DNA of 64,000 nt from an uncultured delta proteobacterium (GTDB taxonomy: Bacteria; Desulfobacterota; Binatia; Binatales; Binataceae): NCBI GenBank assembly GCA_963842085.1, contig CAWJET010000001.1, positions 256,001 to 320,000 of the forward strand. The letters run 5' to 3'. The first letter of the stretch is position 1. Every line of letters begins with the position of its first letter. The notes beneath the pieces were generated by a model. That model searched no databases. It was not told the DNA's origin and saw nothing but the letters and a program-made list of their open reading frames with translations. Position numbers and translations under genes: made by a program. Of this stretch, positions 62,508-64,000 are shown piece after piece.

Positions 62508-64000
62508 TCACGACGCCCTGGCGTGACCATAGCGCAGCAGCTTACCCGGTAATGAGCCGTCTGCCGCAACTTGATCCTTGTTCTCGCGCCGTATGACTGT
62601 CCCATTGACGATTACCGCGTCAATTCCTTCCGCGTCGGCTACCAGGCGATCCTGGTTGGCCGGCAGATCGTACACGCGGCGCAGCTTGCTCGCGCCAACT
62701 TTGTCCGGATCGAAGATCGTTATGTCGGCCGCAAGTCCCGGCATCAGCCGCCCCCGGTCCGTAATGCCAAACACCTCGGCCGGTCGTGCGCTCAGCATCC
62801 AGATTGCCCGCTCCATCGGGATTGCGCGTTTCTCGCGCACCCAGCGGCCGAGCATGTAGGTCGCGAAGCATGCGTCGCAGAGCTGGCTCGCATGGGCGCC
62901 CGCGTCGGACAACCCCAACACCGTATGGCGCCCCGCGAGCAGTTCCGCGACTTCGTCTTCGACGTTGTTGAGTATCGACATCCGAAAGCGCGCTTCGAGA
63001 TTCGACGCCAGCGCGAGATCGAGCGCGAGGTCGATCGGATCGAGGCCGCGCTCGCGCGCCACGTCGTTCAGGTTGCACTCCTCGAGCGACGGCTCGCTCG
63101 GCGAGAGCGAAATCACCGTGCGATCCCAGCGGTTGGCAAACGCACCGCGCGAGCCCTCGCCCGCCTTGGACTTGAACGCTCGCCGGAATTCCGGGTCCGC
63201 ATAGATTTTCTTCTTGCCTTCAAAGTCCGCCGCCGAGACCGGCGCGAACACGCTCATGCTTTCGAAAATAAACGGCGCCTTGAACTGGAACTCGAAGTTC
63301 AGCGGACGGCAGGTGACCTGCGGTATGATGCTCAGCCCTTCGTCGCACAGTTTCTGCGACGCCTCCAGCGGCCCGCGATGTCCGCCGGGTCCGTTCATGC
63401 CCGCCAGCAGCGCGGTGTACGTGATCGGGCGATGAATCTCGCGCGCGATTTCCGCAAACTCGCGCAAGAACAGCTCGCGCCCTATCGTCGCCTGCATGAT
63501 TCCGTGTCCCGCCTCGCCCATCGCCGACGCCAGTGCCCTAATCTCGTCGAAGTCCGACATTCGGCTCGGCACCGGCTTGCCGCTGTATCCCACGTGCGTC
63601 GGCGACTTTGACGTGGCGAAGCCAACCGCGCCGGCGTCGAGCGCGCGCCTGACCAGCGTCTTCATTGCCGCGACTTCGTCCGGCGTCGCGGCACGTTCCG
63701 TCGCCTCCTCGCCCATCACGTAGAGTCTTATCGGCGTATGTCCCACCAGCGCGCCAAGGTTGATCGCGGTGCCGCGCCGCTCGATCGTATCCATGTAATC
63801 CTCGAAGCTCTCGAACGGCCATTCGTAGCCGAGCCCCGTCTCGAGCGCCTTCAGACTCATGCCTTCGACGTTTTCGAGCGTCCGCATGATTAGCCCGCGA
63901 TGCTCGGGGCGCGTCGGCGCCACGCCGAATCCGCAGTTCCCCATCACGACGGTTGTCACGCCGTGCCACGGCGAGATCGTCATCATCCGATCCCACATCA
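62508..64000 (-). CDS. N-acyl-D-amino-acid deacylase family amidohydrolase (N-terminus outside the window)
   Basis: HGVTTVVMGNCGF, SDAGAH, DRGRL..G..ADI.IFD and VIVNG motifs. Confidence 0.92.
   Translation of the reverse strand, partial: MWDRMMTISPWHGVTTVVMGNCGFGVAPTRPEHRGLIMRTLENVEGMSLKALETGLGYEWPFESFEDYMDTIERRGTAINLGALVGHTPIRLYVMGEEATERAATPDEVAAMKTLVRRALDAGAVGFATSKSPTHVGYSGKPVPSRMSDFDEIRALASAMGEAGHGIMQATIGRELFLREFAEIAREIHRPITYTALLAGMNGPGGHRGPLEASQKLCDEGLSIIPQVTCRPLNFEFQFKAPFIFESMSVFAPVSAADFEGKKKIYADPEFRRAFKSKAGEGSRGAFANRWDRTVISLSPSEPSLEECNLNDVARERGLDPIDLALDLALASNLEARFRMSILNNVEDEVAELLAGRHTVLGLSDAGAHASQLCDACFATYMLGRWVREKRAIPMERAIWMLSARPAEVFGITDRGRLMPGLAADITIFDPDKVGASKLRRVYDLPANQDRLVADAEGIDAVIVNGTVIRRENKDQVAADGSLPGKLLRYGHARAS

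Overview
High-GC bacterial chromosomal segment, mostly housekeeping and lipid/redox accessory genes. Gene content suggests a deltaproteobacteria-like soil organism, possibly Ca. Binatota; this is inference only. It contains tRNA-Pro(GGG), an extra FtsH, an APC permease with a likely sigma54/NtrC promoter, pcm-nlpD-apt, a TPP-riboswitch thiS-thiG-thiE operon, alr-purH-purD-tsaC-DUF1015-phosphatase, eno-gpmI, an orphan NorD/CbbO-like VWA protein, an M16 peptidase pair, mfd-surA-pdxA-uvrA, and an ldcA-serine hydrolase-mpl peptidoglycan-recycling cluster. I saw no CRISPR array, integrase, transposase or phage genes. The most interesting signals are: (1) an unannotated 15-aa leader peptide with a terminator and possible antiterminator in front of an MFS transporter; (2) tandem secreted paralogues with a PDZ domain split by a hydrophobic insert; (3) a small, highly basic nucleoid-like protein behind a perfect 22-bp palindrome; (4) a SufR-like regulator divergent from a questin-oxidase-like gene, with twin operators; (5) two genes that appear to need non-canonical start codons; (6) dispersed REP-like hairpins and a 55-aa membrane protein missed by the ORF track. 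All product calls come from motif recognition by eye, not from database searches.
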